A DNA stretch of 64,000 nt from contig CM060732.1 in the NCBI GenBank assembly GCA_030704615.1, forward strand, positions 3,286,001-3,350,000, written 5' to 3'. The position numbers were made by a program, and so were the translations under genes. This DNA is from Takakia lepidozioides (Eukaryota; Plantae; Bryophyta). Of this stretch, positions 38,301 through 49,640 are shown one piece after another; within the stretch, counting starts at the first letter, position 1; each line of letters opens with the position of its first letter. Under the pieces are notes generated by a model. That model was given only the letters and a program-made list of their open reading frames with translations, ran no database searches and had not been told where the DNA came from.

Positions 38301-38617
38301 ATTGCAAACAATCTAAGGTTCACTCAACTATCTAAAGTTCACTCATCCAGCGAAGCCAGGATGAAGATGCAAAAACAAAGCGAGGCAACAAAGCGAAAGC
38401 AAAAAAGAAATCGAACAAAGCGAAAGCAGAAGTGACTTGCCTGAGAGTACTCGGCTTCAGTTGACGCGGGTTGTGAGCAAGACACTGGAATCTCCTGCTG
38501 AAGCTTCAGTTTGGCCATGCGAGAGATTGGCCGTCGTCCGTAGTACAGAGCTTTCAACTTCCGCCGCGGTCTGGATGTGAGGTCTCTCTCAGGAGAGCCA
38601 CGCCCTTCAGGCAGCAT
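32362..38617 (-). pseudogene. Multi-exon cargo gene: disordered N-terminus, ParB/Sulfiredoxin-like domain, central region, beta-class amino (N4C/N6A) DNA methyltransferase-like domain, acidic tail
   Basis: ParB-like: IPLCRLVSLQVVRP...FYVWDSNHRLLA*MEHI (about 37080-36760; likely DGNHR..AW with two G>A changes). MTase motif IV-like: DMILLDIPDG (33809-33838). Motif X/I-like: RSPTFIQTLMETCSDVQGRILDLTCGT|GASMWAG...AFEPD, across an 84-nt GT-AG intron at 33129-33212. Several other GT-AG introns. Stops and frameshifts are present; gene start and end are approximate. Confidence 0.75.
34740..35312. repeat. Intronic array of GGCGCC-core palindromes (95-bp tandem unit)
   Basis: CTGGAAAATGGCGCCGAATTTCCAG-type sites with cores at 34743, 34797, 34871, 34945, 35040, 35135, 35230 and 35302. 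Confidence 0.9.
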
Positions 38618-38809
38618 AAGTCTTAGCCAAAATGGAAAAAGATCTCCGTTTTTGGGGTACATGCCTCGAATAACATGTTAAGCCAAGATTAGCATGAGAT
38701 TTAGGGTACGTAACCAGGAAGCCATGTGTCGCCAGCCCAAATGAAAACCGACGGCGGTGGACATTTATTGCCCAACTGCGCAATTAAATGTCGGATGAAG
38801 CCCTCCATG

Positions 38810-40565
38810 TCGGATGAAAATCGACGGAAAGAGGCCCGGAATTTCCAACGTAGAGGTAATTCGGAGCGCTGCACGATGGAATTCCGGCGCCGGATTTCCA
38901 TCCTGCAGGTAATTCGGAGCGCAGCAGGATGGAAATTCAGCGCCGAATTTCCATCCAGCAAGGTAGGGCGGCGCGCGAAATTTCCCTCACGCAGGTAATT
39001 CAGAAGCGGATGGATGGAAATCCGGCGCCGGATTTCCATCCGCGCAGGTAGGGCGGCGCGCCAAATTTCCCTCAAGCAGGTAATTTGGAGGCGGATGGAT
39101 GGAAATCCGGGGCCGGATTTCCATCCGCAAGGTTGGGCGGAGAGCGGATGGATGGAGATCCGGCGCCGAATTTCCATCCTGCAGGTAATTCGAATCCCGG
39201 ATGGATGGAAATCCGGCGCCGAATTTCCATCCAGCAGGTAATTCGAATCCCGGATGGATGGAAATCCGGCGCCGAATTTCCATCCAGCAGGTAATTCGAA
39301 TCCCGGATGGATGGAAATCCGGCGCCGAATTTCCATCCAGCAGGTAAGTCGGATCGCTGGCGTATGGATATTCGGCGCCGAATTTCCATTCGCCAAGTAT
39401 TTTGAAGCGCTGAATTACCTTCCTGCAGGTAATTCTGAGCGCTGAATTACCTTCCTACAGGTAATTCTGAGCGTGTCGGATTGATTTTTCGGAGAAAAAC
39501 AAACCTAACTGTTTGTTTTGTGGCTGAAGTGCACTTGTAGACACGTTTTTCTTGGAATCCTTGACTGCTAGAGGCAAATCGGAACAGCCTCGGACGGAAA
39601 TTCGGCGCCGTTTTTTCCATTCTGGGAGGTTTTCTGCGACTCCCTTTGAGGGGGCCCCGATGGAATTCAGCGCCGAATTTCCATCCGGGGGATGGTCTCT
39701 GTCGGAGAGGTTGCCGGCCTCTCCGCCACTCTGTTGGATATTCGGTGCCGAATTTCCGTCCGGGGTTGAAATATTGACGGCCAGGTGCCGGCCTCTCCCC
39801 CCTCCCCGACTGCATTGGAACGGCCCCGGATGGAAATTCGGCGCCATTTTTCCATCTGGGAGGTTTTTACGACTTCCTTTGAGGGGGCCCCGATGGAAAT
39901 TCGGCGCCGAATTTCCATCCGGGGGATGGTCTCTGTCGGAGAGGTGTCGGCCTCTCCGCCGCTCTGTTGGATATTCGGTGCCGAATTTCCGTCCGGGGGT
40001 TGAAATATGACGGCCAGGTGCCGGCCTCTCCCCCCTCCCCGACTGCATTGGAACGGCCCCGGATGGAAATTCGGCGCCGTTTTTCCATCTGGGATGTTTT
40101 TATCCCGGCCAGTTTTCGGCCTGACCCCCCAACACGACTTCCTTTGGGGGGGCCTGGATGGAAATTCGGCGCCGAATCTCCATCCAAGGGATGTTCTCTG
40201 TCGCACACGCGCCGGCCTCTGCGCCCGAGGCGACTTCATCCGGGCTTCCCCTGTTGTATATTCGGTGCCGAATTTCCGTCCGGGGGTTGTAATGTGAGGG
40301 CCAGATGGCGGCCTTTCCCCCAAGCCGACTGCATCCGAAAGGCCTCGGATGGAAATTCGGCGTCGTTTTTCCATCCGCGTAGGTTTTTATGTCGGCCAGT
40401 TTTCGGCCTGTCCCCCCGACAGGACTTCCTTTGGGGATCCGAATGGAAATTCGGCGCTGAATTTCCGTCCGGGGATGTTCTCTGTCCGACAGGTGCCGGC
40501 ATCTCTGCCCCAGACGACTTCATCCGTGCGGCCCCTGTTGGATATTGGGTGCTGAATTTCCATTC
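38810..40565. repeat. Central array of more than 20 palindromic sites GGATGGAAAT(T/C)CGGCGCCG(A/G)ATTTCCATCC between the divergent genes
   Basis: The consensus is a perfect 30-bp palindrome. Subunits are 53 bp at 39162-39374 and ~95 bp at 39977-40548. Confidence 0.95.
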
Positions 40566-40867
40566 GGGGGTAGTAATGTGACGGCACGGTGCCGGCTTCT
40601 CCCCTTCAGCCGTCATCATCCGGACGGCCCCCCACTTTCTGACTGCATACCGTTGGCAGTTATTGCGCAAAGACCAGGGGCCGCATTCCGGAGACAAGGT
40701 TCATTAACACTCTGACTGTGGATTTTTGAGATAGTTGGCTCCCTGGATTTGGATCAGGCTTCGTCGCTCGGACAAATCGGCACCGCATTCCTTCCCATCG
40801 CTGCATCCCCCTTCTACCAGGGAGCTTCCCCGCACGCCATCCTGGCAGTCTTGTGTGCACATCTCCC

Positions 40868-43800
40868 ATGGCGGAAAACCCGAGCGCTACAGTGTACTGC
40901 CCTCCTCACGAGCATAGAGCTTCATTTCCGTGCAGAGGGGACATCTGCCGGGTGATGGAGAAATATCTGTGCGTTCGATACCACCTGAAACCGGGGTCGG
41001 TTTTTTTGGAGGAGGAAAGGAAGGACTCAAACGGCCTTGTTGTCGAGAGTATTGTTGTGCTCCACGATGATTTCGGCGATGGCAGGGAATGGCGAGTTCC
41101 ACCATCGGACAGCGTCATATACAGGGTTGTTGGGGACTTCATTTGCCCGCCAAATGCACCTTCTATCCTGGCGCCTTCCACGAAACAATCCGCGAATCAG
41201 AGAGTGGCTACCTCAAAGAGAGAAGTCCGCAACGAAGTAAATCCAGAGCCGAACCCATCCATGAAGACGAGCGAGAACCGGGTTGTTCACAACCTGTCCG
41301 ACTCAGACGAGGTCATGGAAGTTCCGAGGTCGTCCTGGAGATCAGGCAAGTCCTCAATGGACGTCAGTGGAGGAGGGAGTCATATTCCCAGCACGAGCAC
41401 CGCAGTTCGATCTATTCTTGAAATTCTACGAGGGCTTCACCTGGAGGGACACCGGTCGGAGCTGGCCGGGCTGGACTACAGCAAGTTCGCAATTAAATCG
41501 GTTACATGCCTTCCCGCCGACGTCGACGGTAATATCTTCTTTGAGTTCCCTCCTCGGGCGGACTACTCGAGGGCGTCCGGAATGTTGACAGATATGGATA
41601 GAAAACATGACGGTCATCCTTGGTGCGTTACCAAAACCACCAGCATGAAGATGCTCGATGGTGTGCGGGTGCGCTACGTTGTTTGTGCGGGCGCGTTGCG
41701 GTGTTTCTCCCCAACTTGCTTCCACTTTAAATCCAGAGGTCACAGGAACGAGACCGATTGGACAGGCACAACTCATCAACCATTTCGAGCTCAGGAGAAG
41801 GTTCCGAACTCCACATTTAAGTGTGCGCATTGCAAAGAACCACCACACTGCATGTCTGTTTGTAATGCCAAGCAGTTCTATGTGTTGCACCGTTTCCCTG
41901 ACCTCACCCGAGCTTGCATACACGTTGGTTCCCATTGTCACAAATTGGCGAGGGGGAACTCGCGGGAGGCTGCCCACGAAGGCAGAGCAGCTCGTTCAGG
42001 AGGAGGTTAAGTTGAGACCGGGTGCCAAACCCAAACAGATACAGCTCCAAGCCGCCCATAAGATGGCATTGGCCAGAATTATGTCGGAAGACGGCTCCGA
42101 TAGAGTTCCTCTCGATGAGAAGGAAATGGAGGCATTGCTGGAGTCGGTGTCCCACGTATGTTCACCGAATGTCCGAAACCACATTGTCTCATGCAAACAG
42201 AAAATTGGGCGTGGCTCGGATATGCACTCCATTCTGGAGGTGAAGCGACGATGTGGATATGACTACATGCATGGAAGTAGGTTTCCAGGACAAGGGACTG
42301 AGACAGATCGTTGTTTCGTATTCAAAATGTCCACGTGTGGACCTGACAGCGGCGTCGAACTGGTCGACAGGATGACGAGTGGGGACTTGTCAAACAGTTG
42401 GGTCATGTTCGACCATATCAAGCGAATTACAAATCACCAGTGGGTGACAATGGGTGCACATGTCTACGACACCCACTGCAGGATGCTAATAACAATTGCT
42501 ATTTGTGAGATGAAAGGAGAGGACACACAATCGGAGATGCTTCTTTGGCAGGGAATAAACGAACAGATGGCCAAGGCGGGATTGCCCCCTCCCAATTTCC
42601 GTGGTTTCATGGCGGACAACGCACAAGCAAATTGGGCTGCCATCCGAAGGGTGTACGGGCAAGACCCCAATGTTCCCATGGAAGGCAAGGAGAGATCTTG
42701 TGGGTTCCATTTTCTGCAGAGCCTTTCGCAGTACACAACCAGGCTCGTGGCGCCAGATTTCAGAGAGGAGCACCGTTCCATGTGCCTTGCGTGGAAGCGC
42801 GCTCCCACCTTGGATGATGCAGAGACACAGTTTGCATGTATACGGGCTTGGTGGACATCGTCAGGTGCTGTAAGGAAATCAGACGAGGGAGCAATGGTCA
42901 GTTGGCTAGCATGGTGGCATTATCGTTTCCTCCAGTTCGGCGACTATATGCGGGAGGTGAGTTGCACGAATTCGCGTCCCGTTGAATATTATTCTTGGCC
43001 ATATTTGTAACTTGCTTGTAACCTCAACATGTGCTGTGCAGGAAATGTGTCTCGACTCTGACACCGACATGCCCACGACAAACATGGCCGAATCAGTGCA
43101 CTCTTCCTGGCGTGCCTCCTTTGCGGCGCATCTGGTGGACATCCTCACTGCCACAACGGAGGACATTGTGAGGTCAATTATGCAGCAATGCAGGTACAAC
43201 GAGTTCTTGAAAGGGAAACAGTGGGGCTTGGGGCCGGACAGGCAGGAAATGCTGATGCGGACTACCTCTAGATCGAAGAATCCTCGGAAGTGGGCGGCGG
43301 CCTTGCGAGAGGGCCTTCGGGACACGCCATTGCTGCGAAGAGGCCAACATTTGGAAGGAGATGTTCATACCCGTCCAGTGAGACGAAGACTTGACGAGGC
43401 ACCTGGCGGAGAAAAGGATTCATGGCGAGCTGACAAGAATATTCGCACGCTCCCTTGTGGTCCAGTGATGTTGCCCGAGGAGGTCTCGTCGAGCACCGCA
43501 AGTCCTGCACGTTCAAGATCGCCATCTCCTTTGAGCACAGGGCGCGTGCCCCGGCAACATAACGAGCCATCTGTAGTAAAGCAGTACAACATTCCCATTG
43601 TGGAGACAAGAGTGTCGGAGTCACAGTGGAGAATTGCGAGGACATTGCCGGCATTTCGAGGGAAGTGTTGCGCCATCCGGGTGGATACGAGAGCACGCTG
43701 TGGTGAGATGATTCGGAGGAACCCACACGGTGCTGTACCTGCACCTTGTTTCAGCGGCAGATTTTTGACTCCCACATTTGCTCACGCCACAACGCAGACA

Positions 43801-44459
43801 TTTTGGTTCTGTAGGCACGACATAATGACCTGTGTATTTGGCAAGCCCAAGTACGGGATTCAGGGAATGCCGGAGCCTCCGGGCGTCTGGCCTGTTGCAC
43901 CGGGTTGCAGCCTCTCTCAGAATGAGGCGGATGCTCTATCTGCAGCAGGATTTCGAATGGTGCAACGCACAAACATCCCGGCCCACGCATTTCCGGTTCC
44001 TCAGACCCAGCCATTGCAGACTGCTCGGTCCAGTAGAGACGGATTGGACAATTCTGCACATCCCACAATGCGATTCGGAAGAGTGAAGAGACGACACCCT
44101 CCCAACAATTGAATGAGACTCGGATTGCCAATGCTCTTGGGATGGCTTGCACTATTCAGAGCTCCGTGGACGTACCCCCACCCGGCCTTGGGCGTGTGTA
44201 TCGGATGGCAACGGCCGGCTCGGCTGTACGCGACGATGTATACACAATTACGATTGGAGTGGAGCCGACTTGCAATTGTATGGACTTCTCGTTGATGGAA
44301 GCAAAGAAGGGTTCGAAGTATTATCCGTGCAAGCATCTGTATTACATTTACCTGAAGAGGTTGAGGATGAACGTGACTATTGATGACTTTATTCATGCAC
44401 CGGCGTTGAGCGTGAACGAGCTGCACAAACTCCTCCTTAGGGATTCCAGAAATCATTGA
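40868..44459 (+). pseudogene. MULE transposase: N-terminal WRKY/GCM-like Zn domain, DDE core, C-terminal SWIM finger; two frameshifts, one intron
   Basis: DGHPWCVTKTT...CAGALRC...C..C...HVGSHCH; WVMFDH; FMADNAQA; CGFHFLQ; TTNMAESVH; YTITIGVEPTCNCMDF...CKHLYYI. Intron 42957-43041 (GAG|GTGAG...CAG|GAA). Frameshifts near 41975 and 44105. Confidence 0.88.
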
Positions 44460-44611
44460 TGGGGCAAAGGGAATCCTCCATATGGATATTTTCAATTGCA
44501 TTTTGCTGTATCAGACTTTTTTTTGCAGTGTAATGAAATGCACCCCAAAACTCCTGGAATGAGGCAATATTCCATTCAAACTGAGATCCAACAGAAGCAG
44601 TTGTGGGGCCA

Positions 44612-44975
44612 TTTCTGGAAAAATGGCGCCGAATTTCTCTTTTTGGGGCCGAAAACTGGCTAAGTCCCAACATGCACTGGTACCTGTGTCTGGGAAAATG
44701 GCGCCGAATTTCTTTTTTTTGGGCCGAAAACTGGCTAAGTCCCAACATGCACTGGTACAGTGCCTGGAAAAATGGCGCCGAATTTCCCTATTTTGCGCCG
44801 AAAACTGGCTAAGTCCGAACATGCACTGGAAAAATGGCGCCGAATTACCTGTCATGAGGGGACCTATAGCCGCGGAATTCGGCACCATTTTTCGCCAGAG
44901 AGACCTATTACCGCGAAATACGTCGCCGTTTTTTCAGGTTACGGACCCTATTACCGCGAAATTCGGCGCCATATT
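44612..44975. repeat. Downstream array of GGCGCC-core palindromes
   Basis: Cores at 44625, 44700, 44774, 44836, 44881, 44922 and 44965 (CTGGAAAAATGGCGCCGAATTT). Confidence 0.88.
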
Positions 44976-45342
44976 TGCACATGTCGCTGGGAATTGGCAT
45001 GAGCGGAAGACGAAATATCATGAGCAGAACTGTCAAAACTGCAATTTTCCCTTCAAAGGGCCGAATAATATATTTGTTTTTCCTGACACATTGCTTTAAA
45101 TTATTGTTTTTTTTTATTGTTTTTTATTTTCGAAATTTGTACTTCTGCTCATGAAAACCGATTGTCTTACTACTCCGCTCATGCCGCTCATGCCGCTCAT
45201 GCTCATGAAATAGCAAACCTCCCGTTAAGCCACTCTTCGAAGACCATCAACGTGTACAATGTAAACTATTCAAATGCAGAATGTCAGATGCTGCCAGTGT
45301 GCGTACATCCACTACTTCTGCAAGTGGATAAATTGTGAAAGG

Positions 45343-45615
45343 GATTTCACCGGTGTACTATGCTAGCAGGTTGATGAACAGTGTTGAAAGGAACTATAGC
45401 ACAACTGAAAGAGAAGCACTGGCAATGATTTATGCAGTCAAGAAATTCAGACATTACCTATTGGGAAGAAAGTTTATGTTTTATGTGGATCACCAGGCTC
45501 TGATATATCTGGTGAACAAACCTTTGATAAGTGGAAGGATAGCAAGGTGGTTAATAATCTTGCACGAGTTTGAGTTCGAAGTTGTTTACAAGCCTGGCCG
45601 TTTGCATCTTGTGGC
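45343..45615 (+). mobile_element. Gypsy RNase H fragment (element A)
   Basis: SPVYYASRLMNSVERNYSTTEREALAMIYAVKKFRHYLLG...YKPGRLHLVA; near-identical to 54149..54577(-). Confidence 0.88.
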
Positions 45616-46841
45616 AACGCTATCACATAAACCAGTGTTGGTAACCAACGTGCTCTTCCTCTACAGGCCACCTGATAAATCTTTATCACTCCCTTCTCCA
45701 GACCCCACTCAGGGTCAGCATCATGCACTCTTTTAAGAATGTTTTCTTTACAACCGTCTGGCAATTCCAATAACCTCTGAAAGAATCGTTTGGACAATCT
45801 TTCCTTCTCAGTATCACAGGGAATTTGATTCACATCAAATTCTTTAATTCTCCAACCACCATGATCCCACCAGATGCCGGTCACATCTGGTTGTTCAAGA
45901 CTTAGTTCCCCAGTATGGTCGCCAAATGTTGAGCGGTTTTTACTCACCCATCCCTTCGCTATCCGAGGTGGAAACTCCAAGATAGAAGAGTTGGATATCT
46001 CTAAGCACTCAGCCCGCTCAGTACAATCAGTCATGACCTGCAGCTAGTGAATCATGGTTGTGCTTCCCCTTTGTACTCCTTCTTGCCTTCATGTTAACAA
46101 TTTACCTTATCTAATACTGAAGCATCAGTTTGCTTCAGTATCTTCTTAGTTCCAGTTAATCATGCATTCATTTCACAGCTTCACTCATGTCTCTCTACAC
46201 AGTGTGCTTGTATCGAATAAGTATCAGATTATGATTTATCAGGTACTAGGCCAATGTCAAGTGACTCTAATCCACCCTACAGTATCACTACAGCTCTGCA
46301 TGAAGTAAATCATCTACTGTTCATCTCTCCTCCTACTCCGTGCTCTCGTTCTTGCTCTCCGCCTCATCTCCTCTCCTCCATGACCATCAAGCGCTCCCCC
46401 GTGAAATGTCCTTCTTTCCGTTGCCGCTCTCCTTATCTGCCCCCCAAACTGTTCTAACCACCTAACTAATTAACCGTTATCCCCGAAGTATCACGTTCCT
46501 TCTGCAGATGTCGTTCCCTCACAGTCGTTCCCTGCCATTGATAACTGTTCCCCATGTACTGTGACGGGCTGTGTCAAGCTGTGCCGAGCTGTGACTGGCT
46601 GTGTCGGCTGTGTTGGCTGTGACTGGCTGTGTCGGGCTATGTTGGCAGTGACGGGCTGTGTCGGCTGTGATTGGCTGTGACGGACTGTGTCGGCTATGAC
46701 GGGCTGTGTCGGACTGTGTAACCCCCCCCTAAAGTGCGCTGCTGTCACCCCTAAGGCTCCTGTTGGTCTCAGTCTGCGCAAAAATTAAGGGTACCCTACA
46801 GAACCCGTAAAAGCGTCTAAGTCCCAAGCAGCCCTCTAACA
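45616..46841 (-). mobile_element. 5' LTR and leader of a Gypsy element (element B), deleted downstream
   Basis: Begins TGTTAGAGG on the minus strand at 46841. Homologous to 58580-59802. Contains GGCTGTG repeats (46555-46720) and ORF 45474..46034. Confidence 0.8.
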
Positions 46842-49640
46842 AAGTGGACGGAGGCAGGTTTAGAAATGGACACGTGGATGCCAGGGCGAGACATACAACC
46901 GGACATGAATTGTAAGAACGGGCGTCATCAAGAAGGAAGACAAAATTTGCCGTCAAAGTACCTACCCGGCACGTTAACCGAAATTTAATGTGGGCCAATT
47001 AATGCATACAGGAAAAGGGTAACGGAACCCTTTGCAAGTACAGAAAAGCGAAATCCTTGTCACATAGGCTATCCTAATGGACAGTCCAGGGGGGAAAATC
47101 CACGGAAGGGAATTAAATTACAAAATCAATCACAGAGCCGCAAGGACTGGTCCTTGCATCATCGGCAGTTTATGATACAATTTCTTCAGAACTTTGAGCC
47201 TCGGACGGGAGTTACTCAGGTGAGGGGAGTAGATATAGAAATTACTCCCCAGTACCTGCAGCAATTGTTTGATTTGCCATCAGGACATGTGGATGTGGAT
47301 GAGCACAAGGCAAGATTGCAGATAGGGAATTTGTTCCAAGAAGGGAGTTTCTTTAAAACTCAAGGCTACGCTTGTACCAAAGCCGAGTACCCAGGGCTTA
47401 GGGAAGTTGGCCAAATATTGAACGTTCTGTTTGCCATGAAACAGAACCATCAGTATTTGAGCAGGTCATTCACATAGGAGATCCTGAAAGCTTTAAGGGG
47501 AGAGGATGTCGCTTGGGCGGAGTTAATGTACAACGGATTGGTGGACGAGATGAAGAGGTTACAGGGCACTACTCCTAAGTCTCCGATCATTGTGTCCGGT
47601 CCAATCATTGCCCAAATAATTCTTGATTCTTGCATACTTGATACTCGGGAACGTAAGGAGATGGGAGTGTTTGAGGCAGAAACCACTGCAATTGAAGAGC
47701 AAGGCTCTTCACACAGTGAGGGTGGACTGGCAGCGCAACACCAGTCTAAGAGACAGAGGCGGGGTATGACTATAGTGGCGGATCCACTGGCTTCACGGAA
47801 ACCGCACGATAATGTTTCCCAAGCTCTTGTGCAGGATGGGGCACAGCAGCACAGAGAGCTGCTATTATTGGAAGCAGGGCCTTCAGAGAGGGAAGAGGAA
47901 GTCACTTCGATACCACAGCCACCACAACCAATTGACTCTGTTGTTTTAGAGGTTCCACAGTTAGTATATGCTGTGGCATCACCCCCAATTGCTCTGGAAG
48001 GAGAAAGGTTGGACATTTCCACTACAGAGCAGGTCGTGGCCGAAATTGAGACGGGTGACCTTCTCTATGAAAATTCTGGCTTGGTAAGGGAAACAGTGAT
48101 TCCAGAGGTGCAGCCGTTGTCCAGGGGAAACCCTGCTGTGCATGTAATACCCACACTTGTGACGGAGGTACTAGGGATAGAATATCAAGACACTGCAGCA
48201 CCTGTGGCGGATGAGGTGGTTCAGGAAGAAAATCTGGTGGGGCAATGGCCTGAATGGTTCGTGAGGCATCACACTGTTGAGGATGAGGGAGAACAACAGC
48301 AAGCTCACCATGATGACCCTCAGCAGGCCATGCTTATGAGTTCCATAAGCATGACACTTAATTTGTTGGGCACTTATGTGAAATCCCATGTTCCATCTAC
48401 CTAATTGGCAGCTTTGAGGGAGGAACTCAGGAAGGAGTTTGAGGCTCGACTTGCCACTGAGTGTGCAAACAAGGTTGATGAGGAGGTCAATCTCAAGTTA
48501 CAGCAAGAGTTAGAGGATACAAAAGCTGCTTTGCAGTTGGCCAAGGAACATTTGATTGAAGCAGGCCTCGCGCAGGACCAGTTGCACGAAGCACATAAAC
48601 AACAGTTATACCAAATGCAGGTGAAGCATGAGGGCAAGTTGCAAGAAGTGAATGCACTACATACAGAGTTGCAGGCAGTACATGAGAGGATGACCATACA
48701 ATGTGCTACACTCACAACTACTCTTGAGCAAACTGCATTAGAAGTTAACAGACAAAGGGAGAGATGTATGAAGGTAGAGGCAGAGAATGTCGAGCAGACG
48801 AAACTCATTGTTGATATGAAGAATACAATTTGTCGCAATGAGAATACTTTCAAGCAATACAGATAGGTTGAAGCTGACCAAGAGAGGTACATCCTGGAGT
48901 TGCAACAAACGGTCATGGTAAATAGAAATGAACTCTTTGTGGCTAACAAGGGTTGGAAGGAAGCCAATAATCTGGCTGCTGCCTATGCGAGTTTGGTTGA
49001 ACCTCATGCGACGCGCATGAAGGCTTTACAGCAGCAGTTAGATGTGTACAGGCTCACAGAGGAGCAAACTCTCAGGGGTGCCACACACAACTTGGTGGAT
49101 AACCACCTTATGCAGGTCTGGTTAGCACAAGGGCCGGTGGAAGGCAAAGCACCACGGAAGCTCACCCAGGGAGAGATGAATGAGCTCAGACTGCAGGTGC
49201 AGAACATTGCGACAACTACTATAGACATTGTCTATAGTAGGATAGCGGAGCTACAGGAGGATGTAGAAAGCCTGCAGACTCAGGTGGATGACCTGAGTTC
49301 AAATATTGACAAGAGAGTCTTTGTACCTGAGGAGCAGCTGATGGCTACTTATTTACAGGCCAGAACTCTAATTTTTCAGTCTTCTTTGCAAGGGGTGCAG
49401 GAAATGCCAGTGGTAGAAGGGCCAGTGCTACCAATACCACAACAAGTGACTGTGCAGGTAGCTGACCCTCTTGTTACTACAGCCACACCACAGCCTGAGG
49501 TATGGGGGGATGTTGCCTTTAACCCACCTAAGACTCCTGCTGCACGAGAGTACAGTCGGGCTATAAGTATGCCCTTCAACCAAATTCCCATTGTGTTGGA
49601 TTTGGCTTGGAAGGAATTTAGTCCTCCGCAGTCGTACTGC
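46842..49640 (+). mobile_element. Post-pol region and extra ORF of Gypsy element A (degenerate, coiled-coil C-terminus)
   Basis: 46842-47140 is the reverse-complement homolog of 52160-52465. ORFs 47154..47477, 47526..48404, 48405..48866 and 48900.. form one stop-interrupted frame homologous to 51196..52047(-). Confidence 0.8.

Larger units (their letters stand above)
32138..45223 (+). mobile_element. Mutator-like (MULE) DNA transposon, ~13 kb, with divergent transposase and ParB-methyltransferase cargo genes
   Basis: Imperfect TIRs GGGGGGCTGCTATTTCATGAGC (from 32138) and GCTCATGAAATAGCAAACCTCCC (to 45223), with CATGAGC(GG) subterminal repeats at both ends and an internal MULE transposase. 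No matching TSD found. Confidence 0.85.

Noticed and set aside
32362-38617. Bacterial contamination as the source of the ParB/MTase motifs
   Set aside because: The gene has GT-AG introns (one inside motif I), lies within eukaryotic TIRs, and its second copy is interrupted by a plant Gypsy element.
38810-40565. CRISPR-like look: ~30-bp palindromic repeats with regular spacers
   Set aside because: The spacers are themselves repeated and related, the repeats vary, there are no cas genes and the context is eukaryotic.
38701-40697. Many overlapping ORFs with MEIRRRISI / WKFGAEFPS / DGNSAPNFH repeats (also at 61613-63840, 44437-45099 and 49778-50348)
   Set aside because: These are translations of the palindromic DNA repeat on both strands in all frames. 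Most unit lengths are not multiples of 3, so they are not proteins.
32120-45240. 9-11 bp MULE target-site duplication
   Set aside because: The left flank GACTCCACTT and the right flank GTTAAGCCAC do not match, so the boundaries rest on the TIRs only.
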